A program made the translations under genes and the position numbers. Below the pieces are notes generated by a model, which saw nothing but the letters and a program-made list of their open reading frames with translations, was not told where the DNA came from and did not search any database. From assembly GCA_051362555.1 (NCBI GenBank), contig CM120648.1, forward strand, positions 16,054,587 through 16,118,586: a stretch of 64,000 nucleotides of DNA, read 5' to 3'. Source of the stretch: Lingula anatina (taxonomy: Eukaryota > Animalia > Brachiopoda). This document shows, piece by piece, positions 63,891 to 64,000 of this stretch; the stretch's first letter is position 1; every line of letters begins with the position of its first letter.

Positions 63891-64000
63891 GAGCTAGTTT
63901 TAAAAATGGGATAAATATTCTCCTACCGGCAGCTCTCTATCTTGTTAGTAAACAAACCACTGCACTGCTGACATTTAGGAGTTCCCTGCACCAGAGGTCC

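Larger units (their letters stand above)
49649..64000 (+). mobile_element. head-to-tail array of ~3.92-kb transposase plus telomeric-repeat units
   Basis: The anchor agaccccagctcagcc occurs at 49649, 53563, 57484 and 61404 (periods 3914, 3921, 3920). The array runs off the window end. Confidence 0.96.

Overview
Repeat-rich animal DNA, probably from a marine invertebrate (inference from the hillarin-like spliced gene, TTAGGG-type repeats and TE content). Left to right: (1) a frameshifted, chromodomain-bearing Ty3/gypsy LTR retrotransposon on the minus strand (~1-6772; 5' LTR 6243-6772, tRNA-Ala-type PBS); (2) a segmental duplication (~7.4-23.9 kb repeated at ~36.0-49.6 kb) carrying LINE debris and the 3' exons of a hillarin-like gene, with both copies damaged in upstream exons; (3) a Helentron-type non-autonomous element with an internal ~145-bp satellite, several MITEs and a filamin-like terminal exon; (4) from 49649 to the window end, a head-to-tail array of at least 3.7 near-identical ~3.92-kb units. 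Each unit has an intact intronless 669-aa Mutator/Kolobok-like DDE transposase ORF followed by ~210-225 bp of degenerate (TTAGGG)n, and I found no TIRs. This transposase-plus-telomere-repeat array is the most unusual structure in the window.
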